Assembly: GCF_009914755.1 (NCBI RefSeq)
Contig: NC_060932.1
Direction: 5' to 3' (one strand)
Source: the human T2T-CHM13v2.0 reference genome, Homo sapiens
Length of the DNA: 64,000 bases
The notes below the pieces were generated by a model. The model saw only the letters and a program-made list of their open reading frames with translations. It made no database searches and was not told where the DNA came from. Positions 42,148-54,790 of this stretch are shown here, one piece after another; positions within the stretch are counted from its first letter, which is position 1; each line of letters starts with the position of its first letter. The translations under genes and the position numbers were made by a program.

Positions 42148-44143
42148 CTGAGTTACTTCACCATTCTCACTAAGTTACTTCACCTTTCTGTGCTTTAGCT
42201 GCTGCTTCTGTAAAATTGAGAAGAGAGGATGTTTTGCAGCACTGGCCTAGCAAGAATGGATTCTTTCACATAATGGAATTATTATCATGTCGTAGAAGAT
42301 TGATTTTGTGTGACAGGTAGAAATAGAACTTGAAACCAATATGGGAGTTAAGGGGAGCTAGCGTTCCAGTGGGAGATAGTTTGACCCAACAATCATAGCA
42401 GTCTGGGGGCAATGGAGTGGTATAATGAGGAGTAATTGAGAAGCTAATAATATAGCATTTGTATTCTATATTATTTATTCAGTGCCTATTATGTGTGAGA
42501 CTCTGACATTCATTTTATATAGTTACACAGTTTCTCATTAATTCAGACACTAAAAAAGTCAATTTAGTCTTTTCTGTCTGCCTCTTTCTCCCCATATTGA
42601 GAGAATTTTCCACAGCAATTTAGTTCTCATCCTTCCTTTTGTAGATGGAGCACACCATTGCTGCTTCTTTATCTGGAGAGTTGTCTTTGTAGTTGCTTAG
42701 TTGATCAAAGCAAAAAGATCATTCTTATATTTGTCCTTAATTTCATAAACTCCTCAGGGAAAACTGAACATTCATTTTTAATTTTAACTCTCCGTAGTTC
42801 TTGGTACAGTAAATATTTAAAAAGCTGTTTACTGATTAACTGAAACTGAGTGGAGATCAAAAGAAAAGGGAACAGAGAAGTCTGTTTCCTCTCTTGTGTG
42901 TACTATTTTAAATTAATGTGCTTGACTGAGGACGTGGGTACCAGAATAATTGGCAGTGGCCATAAATAGATATTTTCTGGTTTTGCGAAATGTCGGAGAC
43001 ATCATTTCACCACATGTAAGATTCAGCTATCATGAAAAGATACATTTGTGCTTTACTTTGGGTGCATAAGAAATGTGTTTGCATCATTTTTTATGGTGTG
43101 AGATAATGGTCTGGGGGTCTCCGTATTGTTTATAGCACTGGTCCGTTAACTTGATGTCTTCAGACATTTAAAAATTAAATCACACAAATGTATTTAATAG
43201 CTGCATCATATATATTTAAGCCTGTTCATAGACATTCTATTTACTGCTTTTTGATTTGATTTTTCACTGTGATATGATCATAGAGATAACCAACATATCA
43301 CCAAAAAATTATTTTATCTTCAACATTTCCTGACATAGTGGGTGGAGTAAAAATGTCTAATGAGTGAACATTCTTTCTTAGGGTTCAGAGAACAAGTAGA
43401 ATATGCATAGCCAAAGGCCAGAAAAGCAGAAACTCTGAGAAAGGGAGAGCATGTCTTACCTGGTTTCTCCCTTTTGTGCCACCACTTCATGTGACCTCTC
43501 TGTCTGCCCTCATTCCACATACTTCCTGTGGGCTGTGTTCTTGGGTTGATTTGAGAAAGGGATAGAGACGCTTTATTACCAATGGCCGCTAGAAGTTGCT
43601 AGCTTCAGGTTAGCTCTTCATTCATTTATTTATTTTCCAAGAAAACTGTAGTTCTGCTTTCAGGAGAGGAAAGGACACTGCCCTGAAAAGAGGACTTGTC
43701 CTCTGCTCTCTGGAGGTCTCACTGTTTTCATCTTTTTAAACTCCAAGTGAAGATTATTCTCTTTTAAACACAGCAAACATGAATCTTAAAAATTCCCATC
43801 CAACAGATTGCTTAGGGCCTTCTACTGTAATTGAAAAAAGTCCCTTGTATTGTTCTATTTAATTGATCCAAATTGGAGAACAATGAATATAAGTTTCCTA
43901 TGACATTTCTGCCAGTAGGTCCTAGGCTGTCCTTGTGCTGATGAGCCAGAAAGTTACTGTGAAGTTCTTTCCAAGCTGTTTTCAGTTAATTTAAGGAGGA
44001 AAAAAAAGCCAACATCTAAAGCAATAAACTTATGCCCACTGGGCTTCATAGCATAAGACCTTAAGTTGCTGAGATATTTTCTCCTTAATGTATATATACT
44101 GGACATGTCAGCTTTGCAAAACCCCACAGAGAGCTCTAACATA

Positions 44144-44210
44144 TTGATTAATCAAAGTAAACAAAACAGATGCTTTTAATCTTTAATAAACAGCAGAACA
44201 ATTTGTTTAC
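44144..44210. promoter_or_regulatory. Candidate enhancer: three forkhead sites overlapping an ARE/GRE-like IR3
   Basis: GTAAACA 44157, ATAAACA 44186, TGTTTAC 44204, AGAACAattTGTTTA 44195-44209, in apparently unique DNA. Confidence 0.35.
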
Positions 44211-44500
44211 TCTCCTCTGTCCATTTGCTGTGTCATTATTCTTAATAATTCTCTGGATGCAACAATTAGACTATGTCATGATAGACAAATCAATTGTATA
44301 AGCAGACTCAAAGTAATTTTTCAAGTGTTATTTAAAATGTTTAGTCAACAAAATAATCTGTTAGAAAAGTTACAAAAGAGAGGTGTTTTGGCTTAGACTA
44401 ACCAATGGACTGATAAACTTGAAAATAAATGTCACCGTCATTTCAAGGCATCTGATTCTGCACATCCACCACCATTAATGGTTCATATAAATGACTCCTT

Positions 44501-44587
44501 TGGAGAAGATCAGTACCTTCTTTAAAAAAAATCAGATTGGATGTGAAGAAGATCAATACCTAATTTTAAAAAAAATCAGATTGGATG
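44501..44587. repeat. Imperfect ~43-bp tandem duplication
   Basis: agaagatca.tacct..tttaaaaaaaatcagattggatg occurs twice. Confidence 0.9.
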
Positions 44588-44764
44588 CTTCCTTTGATAC
44601 AATTCAGTTTTTCAAAGGATTTCAGGGTAGAGTAAAGCAGAAGCAGAAAACTGAAGCATTCTTTGCCACTGTTAGGAAATAATTGTATTGATCTTCACTT
44701 GAATTTTACATCTAGCTCTTCAGAAGCACTGTTTATCCATTCATCATCAGTCAGTGAATATGTG

Positions 44765-45150
44765 TGTATTAGCCTGCTCAGACTGCTATAACAAAATATC
44801 ATAAACTGGGTAGCTTAAATAACAAACATTTATTTGTCATAGTTCTAGAGGCTGGGAATTCCAAGATCAAGATGCTAGCCAGTTGGGTTCTGGGTGAGGG
44901 ACTGCTTCCTGCCTTGTAGACAGCTGCCTTTGTTGTATCCTCATATGGTGGGGGTGGGGGTAGTGGGGAAAATGTGATAGCCCTGGTTTCATCTTATAAG
45001 GACATTAATTCCGTCATGAAGACCCCACCCTCATGACCTCATCTAAACCTAATTACCTCCCAAAGTCCCCACCTCCTAATACCATCACACTAGGGGGTTA
45101 GGGCTTCAAAATAAGAATTTTGGAAGGATGTAAACATTCAGGCCATAACA
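44765..45150 (-). mobile_element. MLT1A-type LTR
   Basis: tgtattag..ctgctataacaaaat..ccaagatcaag..ctaattacctcccaaag..ccataaca. Confidence 0.88.
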
Positions 45151-46409
45151 ATATACCTACTAAGCACTTGCTAGTGCCCTAGCAGGGTGCTGTGCTAGGA
45201 CTGAGAGTGCTCAGGGATGATGAAGTTCCCAAATAGTTTAGTGAAAAAGACAAGAAATATCCAAAGGCATAGGACAGGTGATGTGGGGAGTTATGAAAAC
45301 ATGCAGGAATGGGGTAATACCTAACCTACCTCATGAGGTGTCTGTCATTTCCATCCTATTTTAGTTGTAAAAGTAAAGAATGACAGTGTCTAAATATTTT
45401 CCTCCATCCATGTCTTTAGCCTTTTAAATTTATTTCCTAATCCCATCCTTCCTATTCAAAAACTGCCACATTATAGCCATACTTTGTGCTATAAATAATT
45501 ATAAACTTTGGGTTTTAAGATCCCCAAGGCATAGCCATGTATGACTTCCTTTCTATATGGAAATATAATGCAGCATTTTCCCAAACAACATAACTGCCTT
45601 CTCTCTGTCTGCCTTTTCCTTTAGGGTTTCTAATAATCTTTGGATTATAATATGATAGTACTTTTTCTAGGATGGTTCCAGGATTTCACATGGGGTCAAA
45701 TTTTGCATTCCATCTAAATGGAACATCCAGTCTCCCCTGCCTCTCTCACAAAATCTTGTCACTGATCTCACAAAGAATGAGAGTGACAGAGTGTAGATGC
45801 TTGGAGTCTTCTTCACCTATGCTTGCTGAAAGGCATCCTTTTGTTTATGAAGGGAAAAGCCAAGAGGTACTCTGAGAATAGGCCCTGAGGGAAAACAACA
45901 TTCCTTGACTGTCTTGGGGAGGTTCTTGAGGGCTGATCCTGCCTAGGGTTGATTTTGTTGGCTCGAGTGAGAAGATACATAGCTCCCTACCCCCATCCCC
46001 AATCTAGTAATCTTACTCCTGATGAGTAATGTAGAAATATTTTTAACTTGAAGGATTGAAAATATTTGCTATGGGGATTATGATGTTTGGCTATTGCTGG
46101 AGTAAAGTGAAGGAGGTTATATATGTTTGTCATGTTAAGAAACCAGCAATTGTGAATGTAGGCTGCAATAAACATGGATAGAGCTTGCAAATTTTTGCAA
46201 AACTAAAACTGTAGTTATTGGTTCTTCCTCTTCATTTCAGGATCCATGGCATTCATTGATTGACTCTGGATGCAATCCAGATTCTTCAACATTATGTCTG
46301 TTTCTGAATACTGTGGGTTATCTTTGACCTAGAGGCAGAAAAACCTCTGCTATCTGGTGTCCCAACTGTTAGCAAAAGGACTGATGTGAAAGTTGATATA
46401 ATGAGCAGA

Positions 46410-46680
46410 GGTGTGGTTTCGGGGAGTGGGCTGGCTCTGGACCCAGCCTGCCTGTCATGCAGATCCTGATTCCACATTTGCTAGCTGTGTAAATTGGCCC
46501 TTTACTTAACTTCTCTGTGCCTCAGTTTGCTCATTCACAAAATGGAGCAATGATAGTACCTTCCCAGGATCAAAATAGTTTCTCACCTTAAGAGGTTTTT
46601 GGGAGGACTAAATAATGTATGTAAAACATATAGTACAGTGTATAGCACATAATGAACATTTAATAAACATTAGCTATTAT
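46410..46680 (+). mobile_element. MIR
   Basis: ttacttaacttctctgtgcctcagttt..aataaacattagctattat. Confidence 0.8.
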
Positions 46681-46870
46681 GTGAGAAGTTCTAGAGTCTC
46701 TATGAACCTTTACCAGGGAATTCAGCTAAGTCTGCTTTATTGAGGAGCCCTTGTCACCTTCATTTATTAACTGTGGAACATTAAAGCCTTTTTCACAATA
46801 CATTAAGCAATCTAGAATATTAATCTGAGGCTTCATCTAAATTAACAGGCTCTGTCCTAAGCCTGTATAC

Positions 46871-47275
46871 TGTATTAACCCATTCTTGCACCACTATAAA
46901 AAAATACCTGAGACTGGGTAATTTATAAAGAAAAGAGGTTTATTTGGCTGACAGTTCTGCAGGCTGTAAAGGAAGCATAGTGGCTTCTGCTTCTGGGGAG
47001 GCATCAGGAAATTTACAATCACAGTGGAAGGTGAAGGAGAAGCAGGCACATCTTACAAAGCCAGAGCAGGAGTAAGAGAGGAGGGTGGGGGAAGTACCAT
47101 ACACATTTAAACGACTAGGTCTCACAAGAACTCACTCACTCCCTATCACAAGATCAGCACCAAGCAAGAAATCCGCCCCCATGACCCAGTCACCTCCCAC
47201 TAGGCCTCACCTTCAACATTGGGGATTAAAATGAAACATGAGATTTGGGTGGAGATACAGATGCAAACCATATAA
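46871..47275 (-). mobile_element. MSTA/MSTB solo LTR
   Basis: Complete LTR with perfect TSD tatac/tatac. Confidence 0.92.
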
Positions 47276-49034
47276 TATACTAAGCAGAAAATATATCCAG
47301 AGTGTCTTTAAGATTTTTTTTTCCAGAAAAAGGCTTTGATTATGCAGTAACATTTGAGCAGCCTTTAATCTGTGGGAGGATTATGCACTGTCAGTTTGGA
47401 ACTATATAAACCCTTGAGGTATATGTTTTGTGTTCCAGCACCTTAGTGTTTTCAGGCCCTATCTTTATAAACTTGGTACGTCAGACCGTGAGTGAATTTG
47501 GGAGCGATCACATTCAATCATTGAAAGCATAGAGAAGTTACTATTCTGCCACCAGCAACACTTAGAACAGTGAACCTAAGACTGGGCTGTAAGAAAGGAA
47601 AGATAAAAGAATGAAAGTTTATGATGAGAGATAATATTGTTTGAAACTGTAAGTTGCTATATAGATTGCAATAAAATATATTATTTATATCATTAAAATA
47701 GGGGAATTCACCTCCCTAAACAGGAGGCCTTTGAATTTTTAGGCGTTTGCTATCACTTGTAAGTCTAGTGATTGAGGGACTTGCACTGCCCTCTGCTTCC
47801 CCTAGAATTATCAGCACAGAGTGTATGTCAACAAGACACATAGTTGTTTTACTGCTGCAGCTGAACCGGGGTGTTCTCAGGAGGACAATATTTGTGAAAA
47901 ATAAGCTAGCAGCAAGTTCATATCTAGCTCCCTGGGGTCATTCCTCAAAGCCTACTGATGAGGCAAGTTTACAGGATCCACTCTCCCGAAGCCAGCATTT
48001 GATACCAACACCTTTGGCAGTGAGAAGTGTTGCCATAACTCCTAAGTGTGGGCCAAAAGGGTGGGTCAAGAAAGGCTCGATGTGATTTATCTCATAAGGG
48101 AAAGAGAAGACAGTTAATGATCTCATCCTTAGCTTGGAGGCTTTGCAGTGCCTTGGCAGATAGACAGTGGCCTTGGGGCTTAGCTTGAAGAAAGCTCATG
48201 TCAACAGAGAGAAACACTGTGACCACCTGTGTACTTTGGCTGGAAGAGTGTGTACAAAACAAGTGCATACAGAGCCCTGGGAAAAACACAGGGAAACAGA
48301 AGTCAGGTAGGGGAGGCAGAACAGTCTGGCTCTTCTCATAGAACCCATGAACACAACTTAGCAACACAACTCATATGGCCTGGCCTACCTGCCCAGGTCC
48401 ACTGTAAGGTCAATGGTGAATCTGGAAGGAAGGTGGCTGCCCATGAGCTAACACCACAGAGGGATCCTGAGGCCAGCATTGAGCTTGGTGGGTGGTCTAG
48501 GGTAAAAATGGGAAAAGAATCTGAAGTACAATGAAGGATAGGTTCCCAGGAAGGTTGAAGGTCAAGTTGGAGATGACACTATAAATGGAAGATAAGCATT
48601 GAGCTTGCAATCAGGGAGGTCCCAGAGGCGCTGATGGTTTGAGATCAATGCTGTAAAGGTAGAAGGTGCTCCTGCTGCTGGTCCCTTCTAATGCTGGGGA
48701 TGTTTGTGTGGCAAAGTGGGGATAGAGGACAGGAACAGAGGCTTAAAGAAGGTGTGCGGGCAATGTCTACTCAGAAACCAAACTTTCTTACCCATCACAC
48801 TCGAAGGACTTCACTTAGGCAGCAACTTAAAAAAATAATGCATGGACTTTAAACATAATTATTCCATTACGATTTAATTTGGCTATTCTTTGAAGAAGTG
48901 GGAAAGGAACCTTTTTCACTGATACAAAAAAACAAACTTGCACAGCCGTGATCACTCTAATCTTGTCTTGTTCTTGGTTTTGTACCTCTTGGCTTTAGAC
49001 AGGTGCACAGATTACATTACCTTTAGATAAACCG

Positions 49035-49240
49035 ATAGTAATAACGCCATTCATTTGTAGAGTGCTTTACAAAGGATAAAGTGTTCTCACTTCCACGACC
49101 TCATTTCCTCCTAATAAGTCTGTGAGCTATTATTATCACTCCAATTTAAAAGATGAAGCTTATTTTATGGATGAGGTCACAGGGCTAATAAGGAATAGAT
49201 CCAGGACTAGAATCTATTATTACTTCATTTCTAGTACAAC
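49035..49240 (-). mobile_element. MIR
   Basis: tagagtgctttaca..ctcattt..ccaatttaaaagatgaag..aggtcacag. Confidence 0.65.
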
Positions 49241-50984
49241 AAAGAAAATGTATTGTTTCTGAATTTTAGGTTGAAACAATCTCCATTACTAGATTTCAGC
49301 TGCTTCTATATATTTATTTTAGTTTAATTGTCCTTTTCCCCTTTTCTTACTGTACTTCAATGAAAAATGTTTATGTGAGTACATGTGAAAGGAACCCAAA
49401 TGATATATAATTTATACTGAGGACACACTATCAACACCCTCAGCCTGCACTTACCCAGGCCTGTTTCCTATGGAATTGAAATCTTCTTAAGGTCAAGTGG
49501 CCATTTAGAGTTCACTCCTTTTGAAAGCATTTGGTTAATACTTAATTCACTGGGCAAGGTATTGTCATGTACCGAGTGATCATCTGAGGCTTTGAAAGAA
49601 TGCTCACACTGGTTTACTTCCATAGTTTGCTGATCTTGGTTTCTGTGCATTTAATATTATTTTTTATTCATGATGGTTTCACTTGATTATGTTTCTTGGA
49701 GTGGCACTCAATTAAGGTGTGTAGCCAACTCTGGGCCCTGAGCTGTCAATGAGGCTCTGGTCTCAGCTAGGATGTGTATTCTGTATTCTTGGCAATACAG
49801 GTAAGCGTGTGAAGTGCAGTGGTTGTAGGCCAGCAGAAAAGACAATGACCTCACTGCACTTATCACAGTGGCATATCTGACTGCTGAGAGAATAATTTGA
49901 ACCATATCTCAAGTAATTTCATTTTAAAAAATTAGACATTTCTCTGAGGCTTGATACCAGAGAGGAGAGAACAGAGATGTTCCTGGAACTACAAGTGGAA
50001 AAAGTTATTTTGAACTTTTATTATTTGGTGGCAATAGAGAATTGCCTTGGATTTAACTCATCTCATTAAGCATTCTTCATGCTGGAGGCAACAAGATTCA
50101 GAAGTTTGATTTTGATCCGTATTTGTAGTGAGAACATTTTGCAGATGGAGACATGGTTATAGGGAGCTGGGTTTGTCTGAAGCATAATCCCAAACTGTAA
50201 AGTGCTCAGGCTTGCTGGACTGCCCTGTAAGGCAAAGTGAGATGAAACCACTGAAGTTAGATTTGAGGAATAAACTCTGAAGATTCCTTGCCTCTGAAAA
50301 ACAAATCTCTGCTTTCTTAAATCTTGGCATTATTTTTTTTCTTCAGGATTTTGATAGAAAGGTCTGGGTGTTTTATTTGCTTAAGGTGGAGCTTATCTGG
50401 AGAATGGTAGCCAGTTGACATTTTTGAAGAAATCAGTTTACCTGATTGTTTCACAGGCACCTAGTGGAAACTAAGGACCAAAAAGATTAAGATATGTCTT
50501 GGGAAACTTATTTTGTGCAAGTTTTGAAGTGGGTCACTGTTTGGGAGTAAGAGCAGAATGGGTTCTGAGAAAAAAGGAAAAATTATAACACCAGAAAATT
50601 ATTGGGTTTGAGATGAGAGAGGCTGGCAAATGGAAGAAGGAATGTTGCAGCTGAGAGTGAAAGTTGAGATAGATGACAGGGGCTTTTGTCTTGGGTATCT
50701 TGGATGTGCTCTGATTTGAGGTGGGCCACCAAGTTGCTTTTTATTTTTTATTTTTATTTCTTCTTTTACTTAACTCCCAATGATCTACAAAAAGACATCA
50801 GATTGTGTTTGTTTCACTGGCAGCTAGAAACATGGGTCCTGAATTTTGGAGAGAGGGTTATGCTCATTGGGAGTCACAGGCACGTAGACAACAGCTCTCA
50901 TCAGGAAAGAAGCCTAGGCCATTCAGGGAATTGATGTACCATGGAAAGGCCAAGGACAATCGTGAGTCACAGCAACACTTATGG

Positions 50985-51036
50985 GCTGAGCAAAGGAAGA
51001 TGTGTCAAAGCTGAGCAAAGGAAGATGTGTCAAAGC
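50985..51036. repeat. Perfect 25-bp tandem duplication
   Basis: gctgagcaaaggaagatgtgtcaaa x2, plus gc. Confidence 0.97.
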
Positions 51037-51269
51037 ACTTCCATGCGTAGGAAGGCCATCCGAAAGGTAAGAGGGTTTAAGAAGGAGGAAGCAGTACACA
51101 ATGATAACTGCTGTGGAGAACTTAATGGTTAGGGTGTATTATATCTTTGAGTTTGAAAATTAGTGAGGGCCTGGTGTTTTTAGCAGAGAAGTTTCAGTAG
51201 AGTTTTGGGGGCAGAGTCACAATCTGATGGTGGAGGAGTAAGTGGTAACTGGAGAAGTGGAGTAGATTG

Positions 51270-51490
51270 GGATGGTTTAGAGTCTAGATTAAAAAACCAG
51301 GATGCCTAGGCTGGAATTCCTGCTTCGCCAGTTTAGTAGCTGTGACCTTGGGCACATTAGTAACCACTTTGTACTTCAGGCTTTACAACTGGAAAATGGC
51401 AGTAGTAATGACTGTGAGGATTAAATTGTATGTAAAACACTTAGAATTGTAGATGTCCTATGGTAAGTGCTATCTACAAAAGTGTTATTA
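51270..51490 (+). mobile_element. MIR
   Basis: tagctgtgaccttgggca..aaaatgg..gtgaggattaaat..tgtaaaacacttagaa. Confidence 0.8.
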
Positions 51491-51533
51491 TGCTTTAGAG
51501 AAGCTCCTCTGAGAAGAATAGTTAAGAGGCAAG

Positions 51534-52137
51534 TGTATGAGTTTTCTATTGGTACATAATACATTACCATCCACTTTGAGGCTTAAACCAACAGCCATTT
51601 ATTATCTCACCGTTCTGGAGGGTAGGAGCCTGGGTAGAGCTCGTTTCTCACAAGTGTGAATCAAGATGTTAGATGGGCTGTCTTCCTTTCTGGAGATTCT
51701 GGGAAGAATCTGCTTCTGAACACACTCAGGTTGTTGTCAGAATTCGGTTCTTTGTGGCTGGAGGACTGAGGTCCCTCTTTGCTTGCTGGGGTCAGACAGG
51801 GGCCACTCTCAGCTCCTGGAGGTTGCCCACATTCCTTGCCATGTGCCCCCCTCCATCTTCAGAGCCAGCAATAGAGACTGTCCCATGCTCTCTCTCACTT
51901 CAAATCTTTTTTTTTTTTTTTCTGTCAAGGGAAAGCCCCATCCCTTTTAATGGATCAGCTGTCTAGGTCAGGCCCACTGAGGACAATCTTCCTTTCTTAT
52001 GGTCAACTGTGGCATATAACATAAACTAACCACAGTGGTGGTATTCATTATATTCACAGGTTCCTACCATACTCAGATGGGAGAAGATCATACAAAGCAT
52101 AAGTCATCAGGATTATCTCAAAATTCTTCCTATCACA
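51534..52137 (-). mobile_element. MLT1E-type LTR
   Basis: tgtatgagttttctatt..aggactgaggtccc..aggtcaggcccac..cctatcaca. Confidence 0.85.
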
Positions 52138-52339
52138 GTGCAGAAGGTTAGGTTTTGTGTGGGGTAGATTCATATATTTGCAGGTAGAGGGAAAAATAAC
52201 AAGTAGAGAAGGGGAGATTAAAGATATTAGAGAATTTTTTTCCCTGGAGTAATACCTTGAAGTGGTTATACATAGGGCTAAAGACAGAACTGTAACATTG
52301 AGGAGGAGTAGGGGCATCTCTCAGACAGCAAGAAATGAG

Positions 52340-52745
52340 GTTAGAATGTATAATATTGTAGTACTTGATGTTGAGCAAGCAATCTCAAAACCTGTGGCAT
52401 ATAAAAATGACCGATTATTTCTCTTGCATCTGCAGGGCTCAGCTGATTTGGGCTGGACTCCTGCATGCACCTGTGCTTCAGTCAGCCCTATCACATGTCT
52501 GCATGTTGGATCTGCTCCTTGGTTCTCCCATTCACCTCCTGGTATCATCAGGCAAAGCTCAGGCAAATTCTTCTCAGGGTGATGACAGAGGCACAGGATT
52601 TCTTGTGGCACAGGATTTCATCGCCACCTCTGCCTCATTCCATTGCCCCAAATTGGTCATATGTCTAGCTCAATATCAGAGTGCAAGGGCACCACAAAGA
52701 TATGGTGAGCAGTGAAGGACTAAAGTTATTAATGCAACCTACCAG
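52340..52745 (-). mobile_element. MLT1H/I-type LTR
   Basis: cagctgatttgggctggactc..ttcttctcagggtgatgacagaggca..cattccattg. Confidence 0.65.
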
Positions 52746-53002
52746 AATGACAGACAAGTTTGGAAACAGAGATGTTAGAAGGGATGAAATTCACACCTAG
52801 TGTCATCTTAAGTTTTTGCTAGAAGCCTATGGAATTTAAAATTTTAATTTGAACATGTGGAAAAAAAGGCAAAAAGAAAAAATCTCTAAATATTTAGAGA
52901 GAATTCTAGTTTGGCTTGATTAAAGAAAGTGTAAAGGGGATTTGCAGTAAAGTAGAAATGTCATTTGAGGATAGATCAGGGAGTGATTAAATGTTAAGGT
53001 GA

Positions 53003-53457
53003 TGTGCTGGATATCTTTCTTCCAGATTCACGTTCTACTCTTTTCTATGTTATGCCCCAGGATGCTGCCCTGTATGGACTGTTCTTCCTTGGTCACTGGG
53101 CTCCAGTTGAGTTCAGCCATCAAGGAGCACCAGAGGTGATGGCATGTAGCTGGGGAGTGAGGTCTGGGTTTGTTCTCTGACCTTCTTCTCTGCAGGTTGT
53201 CTGAGTCCCTCTACAATGGGCCACAGCTCCTGTCAAGCAGCCCTCTCCACCTGTTATCCCCTCTAGGTTCTGGCAAGTTCTGCTTTCTCTTGCTTCTTCA
53301 GGATTAGGAGTAGAGAGGTTCTCCATTATCATTAGCCTCCGGATCCTACATTACACTTGATGTCCTTCCACTCTGCCTATACTTAGTATGCTTTCACTAA
53401 ACTCTCCTCAGTCATCCAGCTTGAGTCATCTGTTTCCTGCTGAGACTGACTCATGCA
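53003..53457 (+). mobile_element. LTR33 (ERVL)
   Basis: ctgtatggactg..cacagctcctgtca..taaactctcctca..catctgtttcctgctg. Confidence 0.75.
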
Positions 53458-53459
53458 TT

Positions 53460-54790
53460 AAGGACTTGGGACTTCCAATGAGAAAAAAACGGGTTAGGAG
53501 AAGGCTAGAACTGGATTGTGCTGTGGGAAGATTAACACAGAAGCCACATATACAGAGTATTAGAGTAGACAGGAAACCATGTAGGAGTCTCACAACTGTC
53601 CTGGAGGAAGAGTGTGAGGGCCTAAATTGTAGATGGGGTTGTGGAAATGGAAAGGAGGAATGGGTGCAATAGCTATTGTGGGTGCAGGATGGATTCATAC
53701 CGTGACATTTGGTAAGCATTTAGATGGTTGGAATGAAAGAGCATGATATTTCCAGAATTTCCAGGCTTGGGAACTAGGAAATTAGTAATGCCATTACTAA
53801 TCCCTAGAAGAACTAGTGATCACAAAAGAATAAGATGTTCTAGTTTTGACATTTGGAATTTTCCATGTAATGTTCAGTGTCTTGTATATGATATGAAATG
53901 TTGAGCTTGGAAGAGAGATCAGGGCTGGGAGTAATTTGGACATCGTCCACATAGGCTCAACAATTGAAGTCACTGAACTAGGTAAGATTGCTTAGAACTA
54001 GAATGCAGAGGGAAGAGAGTAACAGAAACAAACAAACAAACAAACAAAAAACCCAGAAAAATAATGACATGGAGGAATAAGAAGACCAAGAGAAGACAGA
54101 GATAAAAGAGTGATCAAAATTTAGATTCAGAGACAAGAGTTTAGTGTTTGAGAAATTTTTAATAACGAGGGTATTAATAATTTTTAAACATGGTGTCACT
54201 TTACAAGGGTTGTGGTGGAAGTCTGAGCATGGTGGCTTGAGGGGTGAGGAGAGGGAAGGAAGTAACAGCAAATGTAGACTCTTCTTTCAGGACATTTGAT
54301 TCCATATGACCCCTAAGCCTTTTGTGTAAAAAATTTAGGCATTGCAGGCCATTAGGTCTCTGTTGTGATGATACAACTCTGTCATTGTTGTGTGAACCCA
54401 GAGACAATATGTAAACAGATGGCCCTGGCTGTGTTCTGCGAAAACTTTATTTACAAAAACAGATGGAGGTGGGATTTAGACTGCTGGCCATAGTTTGCTA
54501 AGTGGAAGTAGGAAGACAGTTCAGTACATGTAAAAGGAAGTGCTGAAGTTGTGAAGACAAGTCAGGGTTTAGGGAAGGGTTTTATTATTATTATTTTGTA
54601 TATGAGAGACAGTAACCAAGTTGAAGTGCAGGGAAGAAGCTGATGGGAAGATGAGGTTGAGGAGATGGGGAATAATTAACCCAGCAAGTCACACAGAGGA
54701 GGAAGGACAGGAACTGAGGGCATGAAATGCATGGTCTAGGCTTGGTTTTACAATTTTTGAGACTGGAGAGAAGTGAGGAAAAGAACAGAC
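53460..54790 (-). mobile_element. L2, interrupted by MER58A
   Basis: agttttgacatttg..gagagatcagggctgg..tttagtg..gtagactcttctttcagg. Confidence 0.65.
54320..54500. mobile_element. MER58A (hAT-Charlie)
   Basis: agacaatatgtaaac..tggctgtgttc..aaaactttatttacaaaaacag..gccatagtttgc. Confidence 0.8.

Noticed and set aside
43583-43601. CTCF-like motif tggccgctagaagttgct
   Set aside because: Lacks the GGGC/GGCG core; weak match
44946-44968. Potential G-quadruplex
   Set aside because: Only three long G-runs plus a GG, inside an MLT1A LTR
46221-46245. Strong-looking splice acceptor; isolated strong donors also at ~21930 and 49801
   Set aside because: No convincing partner sites or reading frame
47327-47487. 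Possible lncRNA exon (ttttttttccag acceptor, GTGAGT donor at 47488)
   Set aside because: Such site pairs are frequent by chance; cannot be supported without transcript data
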